From positions 256,001 through 320,000 of the forward strand of contig CBDCEW010000104.1 of assembly GCA_965215885.1 (NCBI GenBank): a DNA stretch of 64,000 nucleotides, read 5' to 3'. The notes beneath the pieces were generated by a model. The model was not told the origin of the DNA and did no database searches. It saw nothing but the letters and a program-made list of their open reading frames with translations. Shown here piece after piece: positions 27,251 through 37,359 of this stretch (position 1 is its first letter; every line of letters starts with the position of its first letter). This DNA is from Candidatus Moanibacter sp. (lineage in GTDB: Bacteria > Verrucomicrobiota > Verrucomicrobiia > Opitutales > UBA2987). The position numbers and the translations under genes are program-made.

Positions 27251-28591
27251 ATGAAACAAAGAACAATTCTGCGGGAAGCCTCGATAAAGGGTAGGGGGCT
27301 GCACACAGGGGAAGACGTTCGTCTTTCCATCAAGCCGGCTCCGGAAAATCATGGAGTGGTGTTTCAGCGCATCGATCTTTACGGAAAGCCAAAGATCAGG
27401 CCGAATGTCGATGTAGTTTCGGATCTGGTTTACAATACGGGAGTTACCTTCGGACACGCCAAGCTGCATACAGTGGAACATGTGTTGAGCGCATTTAACG
27501 GGGCGGGAGTGGATAATGTCCTTATCGAAATCGATGCAAGCGAGCCACCGGTGCTCGATGGTTCCGCCAAACAATATGTGAAACTTATCGAGGAGGCAGA
27601 ACCAGCGGAGCAGAAAAAGGCTCGGCGATTTGTCGAGCTGGAGGAACCTATATCATTCACCGAAGGGAGCAGATCGCTGATTGCGTTGCCCTATGATGGA
27701 CTCAAGGTTACTTGCACTTCTTCTGATAATCGCGGAATTCATACCCAACATCTCTCCATCGAAATTGATCCGGAATCTTATGTGACTGATATCGCACCTG
27801 CCCGGACCTTTGCGATATATGAAGACATCGAAGAATTGCTGAAATTGGGAAAGATTCGCGGGGGAAGTCTTGATTCGGCGATCGTGCTTAAGGGTGACAG
27901 GGTAATATCGAAGGAGCCTTTACGATTCAAGGATGAGTTTGTCCGCCACAAGATTCTCGATATACTTGGGGACATCGGTTTGCTCGAATTTCCTCTCAAA
28001 GCCCACATAGTTGCGGTAAATCCCGGGCACGCCCTGAATTTCCAGCTTACTAAGGGTCTCCATGACCGTTACAACGGCGAGAGACGGACAACAAAAGCGA
28101 AGAAAAAAAAGCCGGTGGAAGCAGCAGCTGTAGGGCCGACGGAAACACAGCTCGATATCAGGCGTATCCTTGATATCCTGCCCCATCGCTATCCATTAGT
28201 CATGATTGACCGGGTGGTGGAGATAAAAAGCGAGATGGAACTCAAGGCGATAAAGAACGTATCCATCAATGAGCCTTACTTTCGAGGGCACTTTCCGGGC
28301 CGCCCCGTAATGCCGGGGGTATTACAGATAGAAGCGATGGCACAGGCGGCTGGGATACTCATGTTGAGGCATGTGGCAAGTGAGGGGAAAGTGGCCTATT
28401 TTATGAGCTGCGATAAAGTAAAGTTACGGCAGCCGGTTGTTCCGGGTGACCAACTTGAAATCGACGTCAAGATAAACAAGATGCGCGCAAAGAAGATCGC
28501 GACCGCTTCCGGCACCTGCAAGGTGGGGGGAAAGGTAGTGTCATCAGCCGATCTGATGTTTTCAATCTTGGATGCACCGGAAGATACTTGA
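27251..28591 (+). CDS. lpxC: Bifunctional LpxC deacetylase / FabZ dehydratase
   Basis: [36 protein letters not shown] (LpxC), then [32 protein letters not shown] (FabZ). Confidence 0.95.
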   Translation: MKQRTILREASIKGRGLHTGEDVRLSIKPAPENHGVVFQRIDLYGKPKIRPNVDVVSDLVYNTGVTFGHAKLHTVEHVLSAFNGAGVDNVLIEIDASEPPVLDGSAKQYVKLIEEAEPAEQKKARRFVELEEPISFTEGSRSLIALPYDGLKVTCTSSDNRGIHTQHLSIEIDPESYVTDIAPARTFAIYEDIEELLKLGKIRGGSLDSAIVLKGDRVISKEPLRFKDEFVRHKILDILGDIGLLEFPLKAHIVAVNPGHALNFQLTKGLHDRYNGERRTTKAKKKKPVEAAAVGPTETQLDIRRILDILPHRYPLVMIDRVVEIKSEMELKAIKNVSINEPYFRGHFPGRPVMPGVLQIEAMAQAAGILMLRHVASEGKVAYFMSCDKVKLRQPVVPGDQLEIDVKINKMRAKKIATASGTCKVGGKVVSSADLMFSILDAPEDT

Positions 28592-28720
28592 ACCGCGGTG
28601 CCCTTTTGTTGAATAGCCCGCTTTTCGTGATTGGCGAGCAGCAAAGTGTTGGGGAAAGCATATTGCCTCAAGCGAATCTTCGGAAATCTGTGAGAAAAGC
28701 GGGCTAGGAGGACAGCGAAA

Positions 28721-29497
28721 GTGGCTACGGATATTCACGGCACCGCGGTTATTGAAAAGGGAGCGGAATTAGGTGAGGGGGTTGAAGTTGGCGCCCATGC
28801 CTATATCGGTTCGCGGGTGAGATTGGGGGATGGGTGTATCGTGCATCATCACGCCTCCGTGGAGGGCAATACGGTTTTGGGGAAGGAGAATGAAGTCTTT
28901 CCCTATGCGTGCATCGGGGGAAGGTCACAGGATCTAAAGCAAGCGGGCGGAAATCCCGGTTTATTGATCGGAGACTCGAACATATTTCGAGAGTGCTGCA
29001 CCGTGCACACGCACAAGGAAGAGGGCAAATTCACTAGAATGGGATCTCACAATTATTGCCTCGCCTACAGCCATATCGCGCACGAGTGCGAAATCGGAGA
29101 TCATTTTGTGTTGGGGCACAACAGCACCCTGGGAGGGCACATGATAGTGGGAGATTACGCGGCTACGGGCGGGCATGTAGCGATACATCCATTCTGTCGA
29201 TTGGGTCGCTACTCATATATCGGCGGATGCTCAAAGGTGGTGCAGGATGTCCCTCCCTTTATGCTTGCCGACGGCAGCCCGGCGGAAGTGAAGACAATCA
29301 ACAAGATAGGTCTGGATCGTGGAGGTTTTTCGGAAGAAGAGATTAAGAGTATGCGTGAAATCTATAAGATTCTCTACCGGGAGGGATTGAATCGGTCCCA
29401 GGCGGTTCAGAAGTTGATGAATTTGGAATGTGGAGAGTCAGAAAGCGTGCGCGTGGTTATTGAGTTCATTGAAAATAGTGAACGAGGAATCGCTTAA
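28721..29497 (+). CDS. lpxA: Acyl-ACP:UDP-GlcNAc O-acyltransferase
   Basis: Hexapeptide repeats, SQDLK, FRECCTVH, SHIAHEC, QDVPPF, INKIGLDR. Confidence 0.95.
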   Translation: MATDIHGTAVIEKGAELGEGVEVGAHAYIGSRVRLGDGCIVHHHASVEGNTVLGKENEVFPYACIGGRSQDLKQAGGNPGLLIGDSNIFRECCTVHTHKEEGKFTRMGSHNYCLAYSHIAHECEIGDHFVLGHNSTLGGHMIVGDYAATGGHVAIHPFCRLGRYSYIGGCSKVVQDVPPFMLADGSPAEVKTINKIGLDRGGFSEEEIKSMREIYKILYREGLNRSQAVQKLMNLECGESESVRVVIEFIENSERGIA

Positions 29498-29925
29498 GAG
29501 TCCGCTTTTCTCACGAATCCCTTTGAAGCCGTTCGGCTGATCGGAATCGTGGATTGCTTCGTCGTTCCTCCTCGCAATGACAGGGCTTTGTTTGGGGATC
29601 CCGCTCAGCTGGTTCGCATTCTGTCTTTAGGATGCTAAGTCCGACTGATTCCTGGTAGCCTGTCGGACAATGTATCTAAGAAATTCGCTCTTCCGTCGTT
29701 AGTTATTGGTGACAGAACGGAACATCTAGTGTATATAGAGACAGAGAAAGTAAAAGTGATCCGCCGTAGTTGTGCTGAGCGGGACATCCATCTTCATTCC
29801 GCCGAGACCCTGAGCTCGGGACTTCACTGCAAAAGGATGGCCAGGCAAAGTGCGGCTACCTCCGGAAAATGCACCGGAGTTTGGAACACATGTTGGCATA
29901 GTCCTCTCTCAGCTGAATAGGATAG

Positions 29926-32900
29926 ATGAAAACTCAGTTCATTTTTCATTCGGTGTTGCTGCTAGGTGGATTCTCGCTTTCCGGCGAAGAGAGTAGGGAG
30001 CCCGAATCGGGTTCGAACTATAGCGAAGTCAGGGAGAGGGCGGAGCGACACTACGCGGGGAAGAGCTACCAGTTGGCGAATTCTATTTACGCTAAAGCAA
30101 AGGCCCTGGAACTGAGCGCCGATGAGGCCTTCTGGGTGGAATATCGTTTGGCTGACACGCAGTGGAGATCATTTGCCAGCACGCGAAATGCGGATCCTAC
30201 ACCTCTGATTGAGGCCCGTGAGGTATTGATGCAGTTGTTGGCGGAGCTCGAGGAGAAGGAAGGAACCCCGCCCGGATTGTGGGCTGATATTTCGGAATCT
30301 CTGGGTGATTCCTGGTGGTTCCCCCGTCAAGCGAGGAATTGGCACCAGGCCTGGCAGTTCTACGAGAAGTCGCTCGCCTGGTGGGCCGGATCGAGGGATA
30401 TTGAAGAGGCTCGTGAGCGCTACCTAAAGCTTGTTTGGAAGACATCCGGTCCTCCTGAAATGGCACCTCACTACTACTATGGATCCTATGGTAATTATAT
30501 CCCACTGCCAGTGTTGGAGAATGCGATAAAGATCAGCGAGTCACCCGAAGACCAGGCTCATGCGCACTATCTTATGGCGATGGCCCTGCGCGGCAGGGGG
30601 GGGTCGAAGCAGCATGTGGTTCGGGTCGGTGAGGAATTTGAGGCTGCAGTCAAATGGGGAAGGAAAACTGAATGGTATGATGATGCATTGTATCATTTTG
30701 CACAATGGACTTCCCAATACGGGCACTCGTATTTCGATGAGAATGGAGAATTGAACCTCAAGCCAGACTATGAAAAGGCTCTCACTCTCCATCGTAGATT
30801 GTTGTGGGCGTATGAGAAAGGCGATACTCGTCATTACGACAGTGCTCGTAACGCAATCCAGCAGATTACGAGGCCGACGATTTCCCTTACTGTATCAAAC
30901 GCATTTCTTCCGGGTTCGGAAGTGCAGTTCCATCTTGAGTGGCGAAATGTTGAGAAAGTAAGAATTACCCTCTACCGAGTCGACCTATCACGTGATATTC
31001 GCTTTTCGAAGAGCGAAACCGATCCCTGGCAATGGCTCGAAGCGGGCACGCTAGAAGCAAAAGAGCCATGGAAAGTACTGACACAGCGAAAGGAACCGGA
31101 GCGGCCCTATTACAACCTGTCCGAGGATGTCCGTCTGGATGATGAATTGTCGGCGGGCGCCTACCTGGTGGAGGCGAGGGGCGGGGGCAAACGCGCCCGC
31201 GACATACTCCTCGTGTCCGACTCAGTGCTGGTATTAAAAACGACAAACAGCCACGTCCTGGGATACTTCGCTGAGTCGGCCAACGGTGCCCCAATCCCTG
31301 AAGCTTCGGTGACGCTTTGGGAACGCTATTACAATGGGCGCCACTGGGTCTGGAATCGGCACTCTGGTTCGACCGATGGACGTGGGCTCGTCGAATTTTC
31401 ATTTAAGAAAATGAAAGACAACCGCCAGTATTTCGCGGCGGCTGTGGCGGGAGAGCGAGAAGCCTACGCCCTCTCTTCAAGCAATTTCGTTTACGGTTAT
31501 GGAGAGCAGCCATGGCGAGTGTATGCGTATACCGATAGACCGGCCTACCGACCGAATGAGACAGTCAATTGGAAAATCATTATGCGTCAGACCATCGGTG
31601 ACAGCTATCGTTTACCGGCGGATGAAGAGGTCTTTTACCGAATCAGTAGCCCACGCGGAGAAATGGTCGATGAAGGGCCATTGAAGCTCAATGCCTTCGG
31701 CTCTGCCTGGGGGAATCTTGAACTATCAAGTGAGATGGCACTGGGCGCTTACAGCATAACATTCCTGGAGAGTAGAAACGGTCGACACATAGGGCAAGCG
31801 GTGCTTTTTCGGCTTGAGGAATACAAACTTCCAGAATTCAAAGTCGCAATTAATCTGGGCTCAGGTGCAGAAGAGACCGGTGAAGTATTTCGAATAGGGG
31901 ACACGATATCGGGCACCATAAAAGCCGAGTACTATTTTGGAGGCGCAGTATCCGAGGCGGCGGTGGAGATCGTGGTCTACCAGCGACCGTTTTTCCACTG
32001 GTACCGCCCAATGCCGGAGTTTCACTGGTTGTATGAAGACTTATATCACCCTCCCTACCGGGGACATGGAGGCAAAGGAGCCGTTATTAAACGCGAGAGT
32101 TTGCGAACCGATTCGGGAGGCAAGGCAGCGTTTTCCTTTTCCACGCCGCAGCACTCGGACGGGGATTATGAGTACACCATAGAGGGGCGTGTGGTGGATG
32201 CTTCCAGACGGGAAATAGTGGCCGCTAGCACGATACGCGTAACCCGCCAGGGATACTTCGTATACCTTGAGCCAGAGCATAGGTTGTATAAGCCGGGTGA
32301 TCGGGTCGAAATAAGCATGAAGACGCTTGATGCCAATAACCGGCCCGTATCGGTGGAAGGAAGGCTGCGCCTCACCCGTGAAGAATGGCGCGAACGTTGG
32401 ATCGACCAGCGCGGGCGCGAGATCAGCGACAAGCAGATGGGAGAGTTGAGGAGGAAGTCAGGAAGGCGATTTTCGTTTGGAGCCTCAGCCGCGGACTATC
32501 ATTTGAAGGAGAAGGGCTACTCGGCCGAGGAGATTGAGACTACACGAGTAAGAACGGAAAAGAATGGTGAAGGATTTTACTCATTCGAAATACCGCGCGA
32601 GGGATTCTTCAAAATCGCGTGGATTAGCCAGGATACTAATGGACAGCCTATTCGATCGGATACCGCTGTCTGGGCGGCTGAGGAAGGGAACATTGATATT
32701 GGATACAGACCGGGCGGTGTTTCCATTGTCGTCGACAGAGACACTTTTCGAGTCGGTGAAAGAGCGCCCGTAATGATTTCGATTCCGAGTTCGGGCCGTT
32801 ACGTTTTATTCAGTTCAGGTGCGGAAGAGATGTTAACCCATGAGATCGTGCGAATAGAAGGAACGGTTAAGCTTCTTTATTTGGAGATTGGTGAAGAGCA

Positions 32901-35900
32901 TGTTCCAAACAGTTATCTGGATGCTGTAATGGTTTCGGGAAACGAGCTCTTTTTTGAGCAACGGCAGATCGTGGTCCCACCCACAAAGAACTTTCTGAAT
33001 ATTGAGGTTTCCGCGAATGAAGAGGCGTATGAGCCCCAACAAGAGGGCCACTACACAGTGCGAGTCTCAAATAATCTAGGGGCTCCTGTGAGGGCAGAAA
33101 TTTCCTTTAGTCTGGTCGATGAGGCGGTCTTTGCCATCCAACCTGACCTGGCGCCGGATATCCGCGAGTTTTTCTTCGGCAGGAAACGCCCTTATTCGAT
33201 ACGAACTAACAGTACGTTTTCTCAAAAGCCCTACTTCCGGTTCGATTCGGATAGAGAGGGGGAGGATTTTGGGCCTGTCCCGGCGCCTGCAGTTCCGAGT
33301 GAAGAGGCTATGTCTTTTCAGGGGCGGGCCGAAATTGAGGAGTTTTCCGATTCCGTGGTGATGGAGGGACGGGGATTTCGGCAGAAGGAGGCAGTCTCCA
33401 GGCTCACCCAGGCTGGTGCACTTTTTGAAGGAGAGGGTGTTTCCGAGCCGGCAGTAGTCGTGCGAACGGACTTTCGCAGTACGGTGTTCTGGAGACCCGA
33501 TATCGTGACGGGTGCAGACGGAAGAGCCGAGGTGAAGGTGAGTTTTCCGGATTCGCTTACGTCATGGAAAGCAACCGTGCGAGGAGTGGCGTTGAGCAAC
33601 CGGTTTGGTGCTGGTGACAGCGTGGTGCAGACACGGTTACCTCTTATCGCCAGGTTGCAAGCGCCGCGATTTTTCGTGACGGGGGATCGCCTCCTGGTAT
33701 CGGGTATTTTTAACAATAATACGGAAAGTACCGTGCCGGTGCGTCCTTCGCTGGAAATCGTTAATGGATTGGAGATTGAGGGAACTATTGGTGACAATGG
33801 CGAGTTGACAGGTGGAATACCGGAAACGGTTCTGATATCTCCGGAGGGCGAGGCACGAGTCGATTGGCAGGTTCTTGCGAAGTCTCAGGGGAATGCAAAA
33901 ATCAAGCTTTCTGGAATTGGGGCAGAATTTGCCGACGCCATGGAAAAAACCTATCCGGTCTACGAGCATGGAATAAAAAAATTGATCGGCGTTTCCGGTA
34001 AGATTCGGGAAGACTCCGTAAAGCTCGCCCTCGATTTACCGGCTGAGCGTAAGGTGGAATCAACGAAGCTCGAAATCGCGGTCACGCCCAGCGCGGCGGT
34101 GACAATGCTGGACGCCTTACCGTACTTGTTTGAATACCCCTATGGATGCACCGAGCAAACGATGAGCCGCTTTCTACCGGCAGTGATTGTAGCCAAGACT
34201 CTGGAGGACCTCGGACTGGAGCCGGAAGCGGTTGCCGAAAGAATGTTTGGAGGTGTGGAGCGAGAATTTGCAGGTAGTACCCAAAGCTCAAAAGGGCGAG
34301 GGATGAAGGACCTTAATGCCGTAGTAGAGAGTGGATTGAAACGGCTCTATGATTTTCAGCACTCCAGTGGCGGTTGGGGATGGTGGAAAAAGGGTGCAGA
34401 TGACCATTTCATGACCGCCTATGTGGTATGGGGTTTGACCCTTGCTGAGCAGGCCGGGATAGGAGTGAACGGTAGCGTGCTCAAGAGAGCCCGTTCCTTC
34501 CTGGAAAAGGAATTGGTTGAAGCGGAACAGAATTATGATCTTCAGGTCTGGATGCTTCACGCCTTATCCGTGGGCCAAATTGAGGCGAAGGGTAAGCACC
34601 CGGCTCGTTTTGAAGCGGCAGCATTTCTTAATTTGATGAAGAACCGTGAGCGGCTCACGGCATATACCAGGGCACTCCTCGCGTTGGCGGCGCATAACTA
34701 TGGACAGGAGGAAGACGCATTGCTCTTGATCGATAATTTGCGCAATGGCGTAAAAATCGACAGACGGCCGGATAGATCTGTGCTGATTGCGTCGAAGAAG
34801 GGCGACAATCCGGCAATAATTCCAACCGCGCACTGGGGAGAAGATGGTATCTTTTGGCGGTGGTCGGAAGGGGGAGTTGAAGCTACAGCATTTGCTCTAA
34901 TGGCACTTCTTGCCATCGATCCGAACAATCAACTGGTTGAACCGGTTGCGAACTGGCTGATAAAAAACAGACGAGGCGCGCAGTGGAGCAACACACGCGA
35001 CACCGCCATTACGGTTCTGGCGCTGAATCATTATCTTCTAAGTAGAGGAGAGATGGATGCTGCACTGGAGTACGAACTCCTCATAAACGGTGAGAGAATT
35101 GCTACAACGGAAGTAACGCCGAGCAATATTCTAGACGTATCCAGTGTGTTTGAAATCGACCAAAGTGCGATTCGTGATGGCGAGAATCTAATCGAGATCC
35201 GGCGTCTTACCGGCGAGGGCTCAATTTATTTTGCCGCACAAGCAGAATTTTTCAGTCTGGAAGAACCGATTCCTGCTCAAGGGAACGAAATTTTCGTGGA
35301 GCGTGAATACTACCGAATTCAACCGGTGCCGACTTTGCTTGATGGATATGTGGAGGAAAAAAGATTACTTAAAGACGGAGACCACCTCGCGAGCGGCGAT
35401 CGAATCGAGGTCGTGCTCACGATCGAAGGAAAGAACAACTACGAGTACCTGGTGCTGGAAGACTTGAAGCCGGCTGGATTCGAATCTGTTCAACTGCGGA
35501 GTGGTGAACCGCTCTATGCGCATGAACTGAAAGCTTCGGAAGCTTTAATTCCCAAGAGCTCGGATGGAGATCGGGCTGCCATGGACGACGAGGGTGACCG
35601 GCGGACCGGTCGGCAACGGTGGGTCTACCAGGAACTGAGAGATCGACAGGTAGCATGCTTTGTTGACAGGCTGCCGGAAGGATTCTGGGAGATACGCTAC
35701 CGGTTGCGCGCCGAGACGCCCGGCAGATTTCATGCCTTACCGGTCATGGCTTCGGCCATGTATGTTCCGGAGATCCGGGCCAACAGTAGCGAAGTGCGTT
35801 TGGAAGTTTCCGGGGAAGGCCCTTTCGGCAGCGAACGAGACAATCTTTTGTCTACTTTATCCGGAATGTTGGTACCACTGAGCACCATGAAAGATTGGAA

Positions 35901-35907
35901 TAATTAA
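29926..35907 (+). CDS. Bacterial alpha-2-macroglobulin family protein
   Basis: Signal peptide; YTDRPAYRPNETV, EEYKLPEF, VRTDFRSTVFW, PDSLTSW, YPYGCTEQ thioester motif, GGWGWW, WSNTRDT, LRAETPGRF..PEIR. Confidence 0.93.
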   Translation: MKTQFIFHSVLLLGGFSLSGEESREPESGSNYSEVRERAERHYAGKSYQLANSIYAKAKALELSADEAFWVEYRLADTQWRSFASTRNADPTPLIEAREVLMQLLAELEEKEGTPPGLWADISESLGDSWWFPRQARNWHQAWQFYEKSLAWWAGSRDIEEARERYLKLVWKTSGPPEMAPHYYYGSYGNYIPLPVLENAIKISESPEDQAHAHYLMAMALRGRGGSKQHVVRVGEEFEAAVKWGRKTEWYDDALYHFAQWTSQYGHSYFDENGELNLKPDYEKALTLHRRLLWAYEKGDTRHYDSARNAIQQITRPTISLTVSNAFLPGSEVQFHLEWRNVEKVRITLYRVDLSRDIRFSKSETDPWQWLEAGTLEAKEPWKVLTQRKEPERPYYNLSEDVRLDDELSAGAYLVEARGGGKRARDILLVSDSVLVLKTTNSHVLGYFAESANGAPIPEASVTLWERYYNGRHWVWNRHSGSTDGRGLVEFSFKKMKDNRQYFAAAVAGEREAYALSSSNFVYGYGEQPWRVYAYTDRPAYRPNETVNWKIIMRQTIGDSYRLPADEEVFYRISSPRGEMVDEGPLKLNAFGSAWGNLELSSEMALGAYSITFLESRNGRHIGQAVLFRLEEYKLPEFKVAINLGSGAEETGEVFRIGDTISGTIKAEYYFGGAVSEAAVEIVVYQRPFFHWYRPMPEFHWLYEDLYHPPYRGHGGKGAVIKRESLRTDSGGKAAFSFSTPQHSDGDYEYTIEGRVVDASRREIVAASTIRVTRQGYFVYLEPEHRLYKPGDRVEISMKTLDANNRPVSVEGRLRLTREEWRERWIDQRGREISDKQMGELRRKSGRRFSFGASAADYHLKEKGYSAEEIETTRVRTEKNGEGFYSFEIPREGFFKIAWISQDTNGQPIRSDTAVWAAEEGNIDIGYRPGGVSIVVDRDTFRVGERAPVMISIPSSGRYVLFSSGAEEMLTHEIVRIEGTVKLLYLEIGEEHVPNSYLDAVMVSGNELFFEQRQIVVPPTKNFLNIEVSANEEAYEPQQEGHYTVRVSNNLGAPVRAEISFSLVDEAVFAIQPDLAPDIREFFFGRKRPYSIRTNSTFSQKPYFRFDSDREGEDFGPVPAPAVPSEEAMSFQGRAEIEEFSDSVVMEGRGFRQKEAVSRLTQAGALFEGEGVSEPAVVVRTDFRSTVFWRPDIVTGADGRAEVKVSFPDSLTSWKATVRGVALSNRFGAGDSVVQTRLPLIARLQAPRFFVTGDRLLVSGIFNNNTESTVPVRPSLEIVNGLEIEGTIGDNGELTGGIPETVLISPEGEARVDWQVLAKSQGNAKIKLSGIGAEFADAMEKTYPVYEHGIKKLIGVSGKIREDSVKLALDLPAERKVESTKLEIAVTPSAAVTMLDALPYLFEYPYGCTEQTMSRFLPAVIVAKTLEDLGLEPEAVAERMFGGVEREFAGSTQSSKGRGMKDLNAVVESGLKRLYDFQHSSGGWGWWKKGADDHFMTAYVVWGLTLAEQAGIGVNGSVLKRARSFLEKELVEAEQNYDLQVWMLHALSVGQIEAKGKHPARFEAAAFLNLMKNRERLTAYTRALLALAAHNYGQEEDALLLIDNLRNGVKIDRRPDRSVLIASKKGDNPAIIPTAHWGEDGIFWRWSEGGVEATAFALMALLAIDPNNQLVEPVANWLIKNRRGAQWSNTRDTAITVLALNHYLLSRGEMDAALEYELLINGERIATTEVTPSNILDVSSVFEIDQSAIRDGENLIEIRRLTGEGSIYFAAQAEFFSLEEPIPAQGNEIFVEREYYRIQPVPTLLDGYVEEKRLLKDGDHLASGDRIEVVLTIEGKNNYEYLVLEDLKPAGFESVQLRSGEPLYAHELKASEALIPKSSDGDRAAMDDEGDRRTGRQRWVYQELRDRQVACFVDRLPEGFWEIRYRLRAETPGRFHALPVMASAMYVPEIRANSSEVRLEVSGEGPFGSERDNLLSTLSGMLVPLSTMKDWNN

Positions 35908-35999
35908 CTTTTGAGCTGTTGAATCTGTGAATTGTTAATGGACGGTTGGATGGTCGACCTTCGACTGCGATTATGACGACGAAATTCGAGGATACGTCG

Positions 36000-36707
36000 C
36001 TAATTCGATTTCAGCTCGTGGTGTTTTTTTAGCAACGCCCGGTATACTTCGACATTGGAAATCGCGCCTGTCATTCCCGTATGCTCAAGAGGATTACTTT
36101 TTTCCTCAGCGATGCCCAGCTCTTCTGCCAATTCGTGGCCTGAGAGATCCCTTAACCCCAGGCTCCAGAGCATGGAAGGCAGGTCGAGGATATAGTAGTG
36201 AAAAATCTCCCGCCAGGTGCGGTCGACACTGCGGAAGAGTTGATCGACGAAGGAGATGTCGAACCAGGCATTATAGGCAACGAAGAGGACATTTCGACTG
36301 TCGGCCACGGCATTATGAAAGGCCACCAATTGCTCGACAGCTTCCTTCTGAGAGACGTACCCTCTCTGCTCCCAGAGTTCGACGGAGAATGCGTTGATGG
36401 CGGCAGCGCCCGGCGCGAGCCTCTCCGGATGCCGAGGTAAGATCCGAAGAAAGAGTCGATCCAGTTCGCGTCCGTCGAGGTCGGTAATCACGACTCCAAT
36501 ATCGATTATTTCATGATATCCGGGGACAAGACCTGTTGTCTCCACGTCGATGTGCGCAAGTATCCAATCCGCGGGTGAGTGGCTTGGATTTGAACCTGAT
36601 ACCGTCGTGCCATCGAGCGCCCTGACGTATTCCGGAACCTCCGCGAATGCATCAGTGCCGGGAAATCCGAGGAGAATCGAGAGTAGACCAATCAGGACGT
36701 TTTTCAT
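36000..36707 (-). CDS. DEDDh-like 3'-5' exonuclease-fold protein with predicted signal peptide
   Basis: MKNVLIGLLSILLG..AFA signal; HIDVETTG (ExoI), AYNAWFD (ExoII), EHTGMTGA (ExoIII lacking Asp). Confidence 0.75.
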   Translation of the reverse strand: MKNVLIGLLSILLGFPGTDAFAEVPEYVRALDGTTVSGSNPSHSPADWILAHIDVETTGLVPGYHEIIDIGVVITDLDGRELDRLFLRILPRHPERLAPGAAAINAFSVELWEQRGYVSQKEAVEQLVAFHNAVADSRNVLFVAYNAWFDISFVDQLFRSVDRTWREIFHYYILDLPSMLWSLGLRDLSGHELAEELGIAEEKSNPLEHTGMTGAISNVEVYRALLKKHHELKSN

Positions 36708-36716
36708 ATTAATCTG

Positions 36717-36780
36717 GAAATCTATCTGACCTGGCAGTCTGTCGGCGAAGTCCGACAGACTGCCAGGTCAGATAGATTTC
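36717..36780. repeat. Perfect 29-bp inverted repeat (hairpin) between hpt and the exonuclease gene
   Basis: GAAATCTATCTGACCTGGCAGTCTGTCGG-CGAAGT-CCGACAGACTGCCAGGTCAGATAGATTTC. Confidence 0.9.
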
Positions 36781-37322
36781 TAAATTGGCTGTAATTCCGC
36801 CTTCAGCACACCGATACAGCGGAGATTCCGGTAGCGCTGAGCATAGTCGAGCCCGTATCCGACGACAAATTCGTCGGGGATCTGAAACCCTACCAAATCG
36901 ACCTGGAAATCGACTTCGCGACGGGACCTCTTCTCGAGGAGAACACACGTTCTGAGAGAAGCGGGATTCATCTCTTGAATATATTCAACTACCCTCGTAA
37001 TGGTATTGCCGGTGTCGAAAATGTCATCGACGAGGAGGATGTGATGACCAGTGAGATCGAGAGAGAGCGTGCTTGTGATTTTCGGCTCGCCGAGAGGTTG
37101 CATGGCGTTCCCGTAGCTGGAAACGCGTATGCAATCGATGCGAACAGGGCCGGGTAGGTTTCGCACCAGATCGGCCGTAAAAAGGATCGCCCCGTTAATG
37201 ATTGAGATTACCGTGATTTCGTCATCGTGCGCGTAGAGCCCTGAAATCTCGCCTGCCAGTTCTTTGACACGGACTTTTATCTCGTCCTCCGTAATAAGTA
37301 CCAGTTCCAGGTCGTTTAGCAT
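36780..37322 (-). CDS. hpt: Hypoxanthine phosphoribosyltransferase
   Basis: ILLVDDIFDTGNT PRPP motif, VSSYG, FVVGYGLDYAQRYRNL. Confidence 0.95.
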   Translation of the reverse strand: MLNDLELVLITEDEIKVRVKELAGEISGLYAHDDEITVISIINGAILFTADLVRNLPGPVRIDCIRVSSYGNAMQPLGEPKITSTLSLDLTGHHILLVDDIFDTGNTITRVVEYIQEMNPASLRTCVLLEKRSRREVDFQVDLVGFQIPDEFVVGYGLDYAQRYRNLRCIGVLKAELQPI

Positions 37323-37359
37323 GGTGAACTATTGCCTATCTTTTCTTCGAGCGATGCTG

